DNA of 28,082 nt from Myxococcota bacterium. GTDB taxonomy: Bacteria; Myxococcota_A; UBA9160; UBA4427. The notes under the pieces were generated by a model that worked only from the letters and a program-made list of their open reading frames with translations, was not told the origin of the DNA and ran no database searches. The position numbers were made by a program, and so were the translations under genes. The DNA lies in the NCBI GenBank assembly GCA_036336835.1, contig JAYZFK010000083.1, forward strand, positions 1 through 28,082, given 5' to 3'. Positions 8,680 to 16,675 of this stretch are shown piece by piece (position 1 is the stretch's first letter; every line of letters starts with the position of its first letter).

Positions 8680-8685
8680 TATACT
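8680..8685 (+). promoter_or_regulatory. -10 box TATACT (leaderless TPR gene)
   Basis: 5/6 match to TATAAT, 6 nt upstream of ATG 8692, no SD. Confidence 0.6.
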
Positions 8686-8691
8686 CAGCGC

Positions 8692-9018
8692 ATGCCGGAC
8701 GCCAGATCACTCTACAAGCAGGGATTCGCCCGCTTCGTGGACGACGCAGTCGACGAGGCGATCGCGCTCTACCGGCAGGCGATCGAGGCCGATCCCGAGC
8801 TCGCGATCGCCTGGAACGGCCTGTCGATCGCGCTCGCCCAGCAGGGCAACTTCGCCGAAGCAATCGAGGCCGCCGGCAAGCTGGTCGAGCTCGAGCCCGA
8901 GGACGCCCTCTCCCACACCAACCTGTCTCGGATCCTGATGCAACAGGGCAAGATCGATGAGGCCGAGGACGCGAAGGCGGTCGCGATGCGGCTGCAGATG
9001 AAACAGCAAGGATCCTAG
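8692..9018 (+). CDS. Small tetratricopeptide repeat protein, 108 aa
   Basis: C-terminal part of track ORF 7498..9018. About 3 TPR units (EAIALYRQAIEADP..AIAWNGL; EAIEA..KLVELEPEDALSHTNL). Confidence 0.88.
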   Translation: MPDARSLYKQGFARFVDDAVDEAIALYRQAIEADPELAIAWNGLSIALAQQGNFAEAIEAAGKLVELEPEDALSHTNLSRILMQQGKIDEAEDAKAVAMRLQMKQQGS

Positions 9019-9551
9019 GCCCCACGCAGCCAGCGCGCGGTGCACTGGGCGACGTGCCGGCCGTGTGCGCGGGCGGCGGCGATGTGCTGCTCGGTCGGCC
9101 CGGGCGTTCCCGAGCGGGGATTCGTCCAGGCGAGTGGCCCCCAGTGCGAGCCCGCCGCCGCGAAGCCCTCGGTGCGATTCGGCATGGGCACCAGCAGCAG
9201 CCCGTGCTCGGCGAGCGCCGCGTGCAGCGAGATCAGTGCCAGCTCGCCTCCGCCGCGACCGCCCGCGCCACCCGAGACGAACGCGGCACCCAGCTTGCCG
9301 GCGAGCCGACCCTGCATCCACTGCGCCGCCGTGCGCTCGAGGAAGGCGCGCATCGACGACTCGATGCCGCCCATGTGTACGCCGGATCCGAGCACGATCG
9401 TGTCGGCCGACTCGAGCCGGGCCGCGTCCGCATCCTCGGCACGCACGACCTCGACCTGCGCCCCGACCTCACGCGCACCCTCGGCGAGACCGTCGGCCAG
9501 CTGCTGCGTGCGGCCCGTGGCGGACGCGACGACGACGATCATCCGCGTCAT
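9015..9551 (-). CDS. Flavodoxin-family / WrbA-like NAD(P)H:quinone oxidoreductase, 178 aa
   Basis: FMN loop SATGRTQQLA, LGSGVHMG and GKLGAAFVSGG...GGGE. ATGA overlap with the RluA-family stop. Confidence 0.85.
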   Translation of the reverse strand: MTRMIVVVASATGRTQQLADGLAEGAREVGAQVEVVRAEDADAARLESADTIVLGSGVHMGGIESSMRAFLERTAAQWMQGRLAGKLGAAFVSGGAGGRGGGELALISLHAALAEHGLLLVPMPNRTEGFAAAGSHWGPLAWTNPRSGTPGPTEQHIAAARAHGRHVAQCTARWLRGA

Positions 9552-10531
9552 GGCCGCAAACTTCCCACAGCATTCGCGAAGTCGCTCGGGTCAGGCGCGT
9601 GCGCCTCGATCTCCTCGAAGCCGATGCGCGCGGCGTGGAGCAGCTGACGCAGCGAGGCCGCGGCGATGTCGGGAGGCGCGTAGCGGGCGTCTCCCAGAAC
9701 CGGATGGCCAATGTGCGCGAGAGTCGCCCGGATCTGATGCAGGAAGCCCGTGACGGGCCGCACCTCGACCAACGTGGCGCCGCGCAGAGCCTCGATCGGC
9801 TCGACCCGTTGCTCGACGATGCGCGCATCGCTGCGCCCGGCAGCCCCGTCCACCACCCGCACGTGCGCCGGGCGGTGACGTGCCACGTAGAGAGCCAGCC
9901 GCTGGGTGAGCGCGTGACGCAGCTCCCCCGCCACCACGGCACGATAGGTCTTGGCGACGCGGTGCTCGGCGAACGCGGTGCGCAGGCGCTGCCAGCTGTC
10001 CTGCTCGGTCGCGAACAGCAGCGCACCCGAGGTGTCGAGATCGAGTCGGTGGACCACACCGCTGCGCAGGCCGCCCTCGCCCACCCCGTGCACCTCGGGT
10101 CGCAGCCCCGCCACGAAGCCGAGCGCCGTCCGATGCTCGTCCGGCTCGAGCGGATGGACGGGCATACCCGCCGGCTTGTCGACAGCCAGCCAGCCCGGGC
10201 CACGATCGAGCACGGGGAGCGCAAGCCCGGGCTCCGGGCGCACGCGCTGCTGCTCGGGCCGCTCGAAGCGCGCGATCCACAGCACCTCGGAGGCTCCCAG
10301 CAGCCGCCCCTTCTCGGCAAGCGAGGCAACGCGCTCGTCGTCCTCGGGCCGCTCGCGCGTCGCAACCGCTCCCGAGCTCAGCAGCCGGCGCGCCGCGGCG
10401 CGCGATACCCCGCGCGCCCGGACGAGCGCGACGTCGAGGCGCAGGCCCTCGAGACCGTCGGCGGCGGCGACCCGGCGCGCCGGGCCGCCTGGCGTCCCGG
10501 GGCTCGTAGCTCTTGATGCCTGGCGGCTCAC
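9548..10531 (-). CDS. RluA/RluD-family pseudouridine synthase, 327 aa
   Basis: VDKPAGMPVHP, catalytic HRLDLDTSG, KTYRA, TG..HQIR, GHPVLGD..Y and QLLHA; S4-like N-terminus (RLD...SR). Confidence 0.93.
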   Translation of the reverse strand: MSRQASRATSPGTPGGPARRVAAADGLEGLRLDVALVRARGVSRAAARRLLSSGAVATRERPEDDERVASLAEKGRLLGASEVLWIARFERPEQQRVRPEPGLALPVLDRGPGWLAVDKPAGMPVHPLEPDEHRTALGFVAGLRPEVHGVGEGGLRSGVVHRLDLDTSGALLFATEQDSWQRLRTAFAEHRVAKTYRAVVAGELRHALTQRLALYVARHRPAHVRVVDGAAGRSDARIVEQRVEPIEALRGATLVEVRPVTGFLHQIRATLAHIGHPVLGDARYAPPDIAAASLRQLLHAARIGFEEIEAHAPDPSDFANAVGSLRP

Positions 10532-10538
10532 AGGCGAC

Positions 10539-10544
10539 AGGGTA
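10539..10544 (-). promoter_or_regulatory. -10 box TACCCT (leaderless RluA-family gene)
   Basis: TAnnnT 7 nt upstream of GTG 10531. Same hexamer and spacing as before glcD. Confidence 0.55.
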
Positions 10545-10552
10545 GCCGCGCG

Positions 10553-10581
10553 TGGACGCGACCGAGGGGTCCGTGTACCCT
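10553..10581 (+). promoter_or_regulatory. Candidate sigma70-type promoter of the cimA leader (TGGACG-N17-TACCCT)
   Basis: -35-like TGGACG at 10553-10558, 17-nt spacer, TACCCT at 10576-10581, 9 nt before the leader-peptide GTG. Confidence 0.5.
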
Positions 10582-10590
10582 GCCTCGATC

Positions 10591-10665
10591 GTGGACCCCG
10601 CTGCGCACAGCACGACCATCGGAATCGGGATTACGGGCTCGCGGCCCGGATCCGGCGCCGACTAG
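10591..10665 (+). CDS. Putative cimA leader (attenuator) peptide MDPAAHSTTIGIGITGSRPGSGAD, 24 aa
   Basis: Below the ORF-track cutoff. Three Thr and three Ile codons fall within 8 codons (10612-10635). TAG at 10663-10665 lies 17 nt before a terminator-like hairpin. Alternative in-frame GTGs at 10552 and 10573. Confidence 0.7.
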   Translation: MDPAAHSTTIGIGITGSRPGSGAD

Positions 10666-10696
10666 CGCGCGCAGCAAGGATCCGACGAAGGCCGCG
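10634..10696 (+). promoter_or_regulatory. Attenuator protector/antiterminator segments
   Basis: Protector CGGGC(10634-38)/GCCCG(10644-48). Antiterminator CGCGGCC-CGGATCC (10640-53) pairs with GGATCCG (10678-84) and GGCCGCG (10690-96), overlapping the terminator 5' arm. Confidence 0.65.
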
Positions 10697-10725
10697 GCAA
10701 TCACCCCGCGGCCTTCGTCGTATCT
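10683..10725 (+). terminator. Attenuator terminator hairpin upstream of cimA
   Basis: Perfect 15-bp stem CGACGAAGGCCGCGG / CCGCGGCCTTCGTCG with an 8-nt loop and a weak U-tail (TATCT). Confidence 0.75.
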
Positions 10726-10761
10726 GGGAGGGCCTCGGGACGATCCAGGAGGAGCCAGCTC

Positions 10762-12396
10762 ATGAGCCCGAGCCGACGCAGCGATCCGTCACCCACGATC
10801 GCCGTCATGGACACCACCCTGCGCGACGGCGAGCAGACGCCGGACGTCGCCTACTCGCCCGCAGAGAAGCGCCAGCTGGCCCGCCTGCTGCTGTGCGATG
10901 TCGAGGTCGATCGCATCGAGATCGCCTCGACTCGCGTGTCCGAGGGCGAGAGGACCGCCGCCACGGGCGTCGCCGAGTGGGCCCGCAAGCAGCGCATGCT
11001 GCCGCGCGTCGAAATCCTCGGCTACACCGACGGCAAGGCCTCGGTCGACTGGATCGCCGGCATCGGTGGCAAGGTGCTCAACCTGCTGACCAAGGGATCC
11101 GAACGCCACTGCCGCACTCAGCTCGGCATGTCGCCCGAGCAACACCGCAACGCGGTCGAGACGACCATCCGCTACGCCGCCCGCAGACGGATCGCGGTGA
11201 ACGTCTACCTGGAAGACTGGTCGAGCGGTGTGCGCGAGAGCTTCGACTACGTGTTCGCCATGGTGCAGCACCTGCGAACGCTGCGCATCGCGCGCATCTA
11301 CCTGGCCGACACGCTCGGCATCCTGGCGCCAGAAGACGTCACCCGGTACGTCGGACTGATGACGTCGACCTGGCCCGAGGTCGAGTTCGAGTTCCACGCC
11401 CACAACGACTACGCGCTGGCAACCGCCAACTGCCTGGCCGCCCTGAAGTCCGGCGCTCGCGGAGTCCATACGAGTGTCAACGGAATGGGCGAACGGGCTG
11501 GCAACACGCGCCTGGCCGAGGTGGTAGCGGCGATCCACGACCACACGGATTTGCGCACGGCCGTGAACGAATCGCGGCTGGTCGCCATCTCACAGATGGT
11601 GGCGACCTTCAGCGGCAAGGAGATGTCGGGCAACACGCCGGTCATCGGACGCGACGTGTTCACGCAGACCGCGGGGATCCACGCGGACGGCGATGCCAAG
11701 GGCGAGCTGTACGGATCCAGGCTCGCCCCGCAGCGCTTCGGACGCGCTCGGCGCTACGCGCTCGGCAAGCTCTCGGGCAAGGCCTCGGTCGACCACAACC
11801 TCAAGGCGCTCGGGATCGAGCTCAGCCCGGACAACCGCGATCTCGTGCTGCAGAAGGTGATCGAGCTCGGTGATCGCAAGCACACCGTCTCTCAGGAGGA
11901 CCTGCCCTACATCATCGCCGACGTATTGAAGTCGCCGACCGAGCAGCTCGTGCACGTCGACCACTACCACGTCGACCTTGCGACGGGCCGTCCTCCGCGG
12001 GCCGAGATCCAGCTCAGCTACCGGGGCCGCACCGAGAAGGCTGAGGCCAGCGGTGACGGCGGCTACGACGCATTGATGCAGGCGCTGCGGAAGGCGGCCA
12101 AGCCGCTCGAGCTCGAGCTGGCGCGCTTGACCGACTATCGCGTACGCATCCCGCCCGGCGGCAAGACCGGCGCGCTCGTCGAGACCCTGATCTCGTGGGC
12201 ATCGGCACACTCGCGACGCTCGGGCGAAGCAGAGACGTTCACGACCACCGGCGTCGATTCCGACCAGATGGCCGCGGCGGTGATCGCCACCGAGAAGATG
12301 CTCAACGCCGTGATCATGCGCAGTGCAAGGCCGAAGAGGCCCGGCAAGGCGGGCCGTGCGCCAGCCAAGAAGCGGAGCCGATCATCCGCCCGCTAG
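10762..12396 (+). CDS. cimA: (R)-citramalate synthase, Leptospira-type (DRE-TIM plus LeuA-type regulatory domain), 544 aa
   Basis: DTTLRDGEQT, VDRIEIAS.RVS.GE, VLNLLTKGS, VYLEDWS.G, FHAHNDY, GERAGN, VFTQTAGIHADGD and RYALGKL.GKAS recall Leptospira CimA rather than LeuA. SD AGGAGG. Confidence 0.88.
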   Translation: MSPSRRSDPSPTIAVMDTTLRDGEQTPDVAYSPAEKRQLARLLLCDVEVDRIEIASTRVSEGERTAATGVAEWARKQRMLPRVEILGYTDGKASVDWIAGIGGKVLNLLTKGSERHCRTQLGMSPEQHRNAVETTIRYAARRRIAVNVYLEDWSSGVRESFDYVFAMVQHLRTLRIARIYLADTLGILAPEDVTRYVGLMTSTWPEVEFEFHAHNDYALATANCLAALKSGARGVHTSVNGMGERAGNTRLAEVVAAIHDHTDLRTAVNESRLVAISQMVATFSGKEMSGNTPVIGRDVFTQTAGIHADGDAKGELYGSRLAPQRFGRARRYALGKLSGKASVDHNLKALGIELSPDNRDLVLQKVIELGDRKHTVSQEDLPYIIADVLKSPTEQLVHVDHYHVDLATGRPPRAEIQLSYRGRTEKAEASGDGGYDALMQALRKAAKPLELELARLTDYRVRIPPGGKTGALVETLISWASAHSRRSGEAETFTTTGVDSDQMAAAVIATEKMLNAVIMRSARPKRPGKAGRAPAKKRSRSSAR

Positions 12397-12407
12397 GGGT
12401 CCTCGCC

Positions 12408-13352
12408 GTGCTCGGCCTCGCCCTCGCGACGCCAGGCTGCGCTTCGCCGCGCGAGAAGAAGCAGGCGGCCATCCTGGGACCGACCGAGAGCGTTCTCGAG
12501 ATCGTGGCAGTGCTGCGTCGCCACGTTCCGGACGATACCTATCGCTTTCCACCGGCGACCGACTTCACTGGACGCAACGTCTATCGCGCGTCGTTGCTGC
12601 GGCTGGAGAACATCGAGCGGATCCACGCCGAGAGCCTGCGCGCCGGTCACCTCGACGGCGTGATTGCGTTCTCGAAAGCGCGCGCGCTGGAGCGGCTGCG
12701 CGCGTTCGACATTGCCGTCGAGTACTACGAGACCGCCGACGAGCGCGACGAGCAGCTGCGCGCTGAAGCGCGCGCGAGCGCGGCTGCGTGCGCCGGCTTC
12801 GCGAGTGCACTCGTAATCGGCCCGGAGCCCGGCGATCCCTTCTCGCGCGAAGCCGTCGTGCGAGAAGCGAGCGAAGCGCAAGCCGTGGTTGCCGCATTCG
12901 ACACGCGCATCGCACTGATACGCGACGCCGCTCGCGAGGCTCCGGACCACTATCAGACGATCGCCCGCCAGGAGATAGAACGCGCGGATGTCGCACGCGC
13001 GAAGTGGTTCGAGTCGATGCGTTACGCGCTGCCCAATGGCCACGTGCGCGCAGTTGCCGAACGGCAACGCGTGATCAACCGGCACGCAGCGAGTCACCGC
13101 GAGCTACAGCACCTGTTGGCGCTCGCGGATCTCTATGCCGCGCTGGCGCGCGAGTATGTGGAGGCGGTGCCGCCCGAGAGCCTCGACTTCGATCCGCCGC
13201 GCCTGCGCGAGCTGTTCGATGCCGCCAGCCAGTTGTACCAACGACTTGCCGCCCGCGACGGTGCTCCCGAGAAGCTCGAGGCCAGCCGCAAGCTCGAAGC
13301 CTTCCTCGCGTTCACCCTCCAGGTAGATCGGGACCGCTTTGCGTCGCCCTGA
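12408..13352 (+). CDS. Hypothetical alpha-helical (TPR-like) lipoprotein, about 314 aa
   Basis: Hydrophobic stretch plus lipobox-like LATPGC, Ala/Glu/Arg-rich helical body, coupled to the next gene. Start uncertain: GTG 12408 gives a short signal peptide. Confidence 0.75.
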   Translation: MLGLALATPGCASPREKKQAAILGPTESVLEIVAVLRRHVPDDTYRFPPATDFTGRNVYRASLLRLENIERIHAESLRAGHLDGVIAFSKARALERLRAFDIAVEYYETADERDEQLRAEARASAAACAGFASALVIGPEPGDPFSREAVVREASEAQAVVAAFDTRIALIRDAAREAPDHYQTIARQEIERADVARAKWFESMRYALPNGHVRAVAERQRVINRHAASHRELQHLLALADLYAALAREYVEAVPPESLDFDPPRLRELFDAASQLYQRLAARDGAPEKLEASRKLEAFLAFTLQVDRDRFASP

Positions 13353-15660
13353 GTGCCATGCCCTGCTCGCGCTGACCCTGCTCGCCGGCTGCGCGACGAC
13401 ACCCGCACCGGCGCCCGAGCGCCTGCTCGAACCGCTAGCGCGCCCGGTGGCTCGTGCGCCGGAGGCCGCGGATCACACCGCGGCCGCGCTCGCCTCTGCG
13501 TCACTAGCGGGCGATCTCACTACCGCGCGCGAGCTGCTCGGCCAGCTCGAGGCCGAGCTGGCGCGAGAGCGCACGGTGTTTGCGGAGAGCGCACCGCGTG
13601 GCGCGGAGATTCTCGAGCGCGACAGCGAACGGACGGCCCTGCTCCCGCTCGCGATCGATCTCACGAACGCCGCCGCAGACGACCCGCGTCTGTATCGCGG
13701 CGCGACACGCGAGCTGCTTCGACGCGGCGATCTCAACCCCGCGCACCGAGCGCGGCTCGAGCAGGCCGCCGACGACGACCCGCTACAGCTCGCCAACCGC
13801 CGGGTGCGCGATAGCTACGAGTCGCTGTTCGCCCAGGCCTTCAACACGGTGTCGGCGCCGCTCGGCCGCTCGCTGCTCACCGGCTACACGACCGCGCCGT
13901 TCGAGATCGCCATGAGCGTCGCGCACTACCTCGCGCGCACGCTCGAACGCCCGGCGGTCGGCGTGCGCGAGCGACAGGCGCTCGGCCACTGGCGCGGTTT
14001 CCTCGAACGCTATCCGGATGCGCCGGAAGCCGAGCGCGTGCGCAAGCGAGCCAACGAGACTCGAGACGACCTCGACCGGATGCAAAGAGATCGATACGTG
14101 CACGCCGCCGAGCGCGCGCTCGAACACGACCAGTTCTTCCTGGCGCGCACCCACGCCCGACGCGCCAGGCTCCACGCAGCGGACGATGCCGAGCTCGAGA
14201 CGCTCATCGCGACTATCGAGCAGCGCGCCGCCGAACGCGAAGCCGAGCAAATCGCAGCCATGGCCGCAGATCCGGACACTGACCTCCTCGATTGGGATCG
14301 ACTCGACCTGCTACGGGCCGTCTGGCTCGAGTCGCCGGAGCGGCTCGGCGATCGCCTGCTCCGAGAGCTCTCCCGCGCACCCGAAAGCTCGCTGAACGAC
14401 GAGCTCGAGTTCGCGTTGGCGACCACACAAGCCGAACGAGGCGCCGAGAGCGCAGCGTGGGAGCGGCTCGATGCCGTCGCACGTGAAGAGCCCGCCCGCT
14501 CGAACATGGCGCGCCACTCGGCGGTCCTGGTGTTCGACCCCTGGCAGAACCCCCACCAGGCGTTCGAGCGCGAGCTCGTCCGCGGACGCGAACGCGCGGT
14601 GTCGACCGAAGTTCTGGGGCACTACGCACTCGGCCCGCGCTACCGGGCATTGCCCGAGGAGCTGGCGTACCTGATCGACGCGCCGCTGATCGCCCGACGC
14701 GCCCTGTCGACGCCCATTCGCATGTTGCTCGCGCCACTGGGCGGCACTCCAAAGCGAGACCACCGGCGCGGCGCGGCGATCGCTGGCTACCGTTACCTCG
14801 ACCGTTTCCCCGGCGGCGAGCACAGCCGAGAACAGATCGCATGGCTGTTCGAGTACGAAGTCGACCGAGGCAACGCGCTCGCCGCCCTGCGCCTCGCCGA
14901 CGCGATGCCCGAGTTCGACCCGCAGGAGCGCGCGGTGCTCGCCGAGCAGGCTGCCGATCAGCAGCTCCAGGGCGCCGTCCGCGCCGGACGCCGCGACCAT
15001 CGCGCCCAGATGTTGCGGGGCGTGGCGATCGACTTCCCCGATTCGATCGCCGGCCGGGACGCCGGGCAGCTCGCGCGCCGCGAGGCCGACGAGGCGACGC
15101 CCCAGCGCATCCGGCTGACTCGCGGGTTCCTGCGCGAGAACCCCCGGATCGCGGGACCCCACGGCCTGGCGATCGAGCCCGTGCTCACGGACGGAGAGCT
15201 GCGAAACGGCGAGCTCCACCCGCGCGGCGTCACGTTCCTCGGAGGACGGATCCTGGAGATCGCGCTCGTCGCGCGCAGCGGCGACCAGGACGGCGAGCCC
15301 GAAATCGTCCGCACGGAGATCGGCGCCGAACGACTTGCACGCAGCGTCGCCCTCATCGAGGAGTCAGCGACCTTGGGCGTCCAGCTCGACAGCGACGACG
15401 AGCTCGGTATGGACGGAAGCCGCGATCAGTACTTCGAACGCGCACGCCTGGGGCTGACCGACGAGATCGACCCGCGCCCAACCGCCGAATCGACCTACGT
15501 CTACCAGGGAATGGCCGAGCGCTACGGCCTGGTACGAGCGCGCGACTCCCTGCTGCCCTTCGACCTGGTCCTCCAGGGCTCGGTCTCCAACCTCGGACTC
15601 GGAGCCTTCCCCCGCTGGAGAGAGCCCGATCTGACCCCCGACGCCTTCCTGTACCGCTGA
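13339..15660 (+). CDS. Hypothetical large lipoprotein with TPR-like helical repeats, 773 aa
   Basis: MRR...LLALTLLAGC lipobox. Recurring TPR-turn motifs FLERYPDAPEA, YLDRFPGGEHS and IDFPDSIAG. Codon usage is typical of the window. TTG start overlaps the previous gene by 14 nt. Confidence 0.8.
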   Translation: MRRPECHALLALTLLAGCATTPAPAPERLLEPLARPVARAPEAADHTAAALASASLAGDLTTARELLGQLEAELARERTVFAESAPRGAEILERDSERTALLPLAIDLTNAAADDPRLYRGATRELLRRGDLNPAHRARLEQAADDDPLQLANRRVRDSYESLFAQAFNTVSAPLGRSLLTGYTTAPFEIAMSVAHYLARTLERPAVGVRERQALGHWRGFLERYPDAPEAERVRKRANETRDDLDRMQRDRYVHAAERALEHDQFFLARTHARRARLHAADDAELETLIATIEQRAAEREAEQIAAMAADPDTDLLDWDRLDLLRAVWLESPERLGDRLLRELSRAPESSLNDELEFALATTQAERGAESAAWERLDAVAREEPARSNMARHSAVLVFDPWQNPHQAFERELVRGRERAVSTEVLGHYALGPRYRALPEELAYLIDAPLIARRALSTPIRMLLAPLGGTPKRDHRRGAAIAGYRYLDRFPGGEHSREQIAWLFEYEVDRGNALAALRLADAMPEFDPQERAVLAEQAADQQLQGAVRAGRRDHRAQMLRGVAIDFPDSIAGRDAGQLARREADEATPQRIRLTRGFLRENPRIAGPHGLAIEPVLTDGELRNGELHPRGVTFLGGRILEIALVARSGDQDGEPEIVRTEIGAERLARSVALIEESATLGVQLDSDDELGMDGSRDQYFERARLGLTDEIDPRPTAESTYVYQGMAERYGLVRARDSLLPFDLVLQGSVSNLGLGAFPRWREPDLTPDAFLYR

Positions 15661-15693
15661 GCAACCCCGAATCCAGCCCAGCCAACGCGGAAA

Positions 15694-15717
15694 CCGGAAC
15701 GCCGGAACGCCGGAACG
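15694..15717. repeat. 8-bp tandem repeat (CCGGAACG)x3
   Basis: Three exact copies in the convergent intergenic gap 15661-15737. Confidence 0.85.
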
Positions 15718-15737
15718 CTCGAGTGCGGGCCCCAACC

Positions 15738-16604
15738 CTACAGCTTGCGAGCGTCGAGCGTCTTGTCGAGATAGCCGAGGTATGTCGCCAGCACCCGGTA
15801 CGAGTCGAAGTACGCGTCGAGATCGATCGTCTTCGGATCGGTGTCGAAGCGTTTGACCCCAACTACGCGCTCGGTCTCGAGGGTCAGCGAGTGGACATAC
15901 ACCGTCGGGATGTCGTACCAGCGAAAGGCGCGCGAGTGATCGTGGATCGTGGGGGCGCCACTGAGATCCTTCGACAGCAGATCGATATCCAGCGCGGCCG
16001 CGGCCGAGACGAGATCGGCGAACAGGTTCGGGTCGCTGCGCGAGCCCCAGGCAGCCGTCGCGCCCAGGCCCAGATAGTCGAGCCAGATCATCGCCGCCGT
16101 CCGCTCGAAACGCACCGGGTCGTTGGTCAGGTAGCCGTAGGAAGCGTCGCCCTCGAAGGGGGTGGATGCGAAGCCAATGAACTCGTACGTGTGAGACCGC
16201 GGAATCGACTTGAGGCTCGAATAGAGCATTGGCAGCAACGCCACGCTCGTCCACGCGTCGAACACGCCCTTGCCGCCGCGAGCCAGCACATGGTGAGTAC
16301 TCACGATGATCCGCCGCGGGCTCTTGCCTGGAAGCGTGCAGATGACGTTGGGCGTCGGCGAGCCCGACAGATTCTCGAGCTTCAGGAATCGACCAGTGCA
16401 ACCGGCCTCCTCGAACATCTCGACCAGCCGGTCGACGCGGTCATTGCGCTGCACCGGTACGGTCTCCACCCGGCTCTCGAGGCTCTGCCGCTGTTGAAGC
16501 TGGTAGGACACCGGGGCGCTGAACGGGTACAGCTCGACGTAGCTCGAGCTGGCACAACCAAGGACGAGAGTGGCGAGAACGGAAACGAGTGTGCGGGACT
16601 GCAT
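15738..16604 (-). CDS. M28 peptidase-fold lipoprotein, probably catalytically degenerate, 288 aa
   Basis: Lipobox VLGC. PNVICTLPG...IIVSTH, G.GVFD.W, HTYEFIGF, AMIWLDYLG and IPTVYVHS follow the M28 layout. SD GGAG 9 nt before ATG 16604. Confidence 0.75.
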   Translation of the reverse strand: MQSRTLVSVLATLVLGCASSSYVELYPFSAPVSYQLQQRQSLESRVETVPVQRNDRVDRLVEMFEEAGCTGRFLKLENLSGSPTPNVICTLPGKSPRRIIVSTHHVLARGGKGVFDAWTSVALLPMLYSSLKSIPRSHTYEFIGFASTPFEGDASYGYLTNDPVRFERTAAMIWLDYLGLGATAAWGSRSDPNLFADLVSAAAALDIDLLSKDLSGAPTIHDHSRAFRWYDIPTVYVHSLTLETERVVGVKRFDTDPKTIDLDAYFDSYRVLATYLGYLDKTLDARKL

Positions 16605-16650
16605 GGGTATGGACTCCATCCCGGAACCCCGGGGGATTGGGCCGTCACCC

Positions 16651-16656
16651 ATTGTA
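16651..16656 (-). promoter_or_regulatory. Candidate -10 box TACAAT for the M28-fold gene
   Basis: 5/6 match to TATAAT in the gap between the glcF stop and ATG 16604. Confidence 0.5.
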
Positions 16657-16675
16657 CCGCGGAGCGCGCCCGCCA

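Noticed and set aside
7498..8691. Long N-terminal part of ORF 7498..9018
   Set aside because: Out-of-frame overlap with the desaturase gene and antisense to SET; only the TPR part from 8692 is gene-like.
10762..12396. Annotation as leuA (2-isopropylmalate synthase)
   Set aside because: Motifs (LEDWS, TKGS, TQTAGIHADG) recall Leptospira-type CimA, and the leader contains Ile/Thr but no Leu codons.
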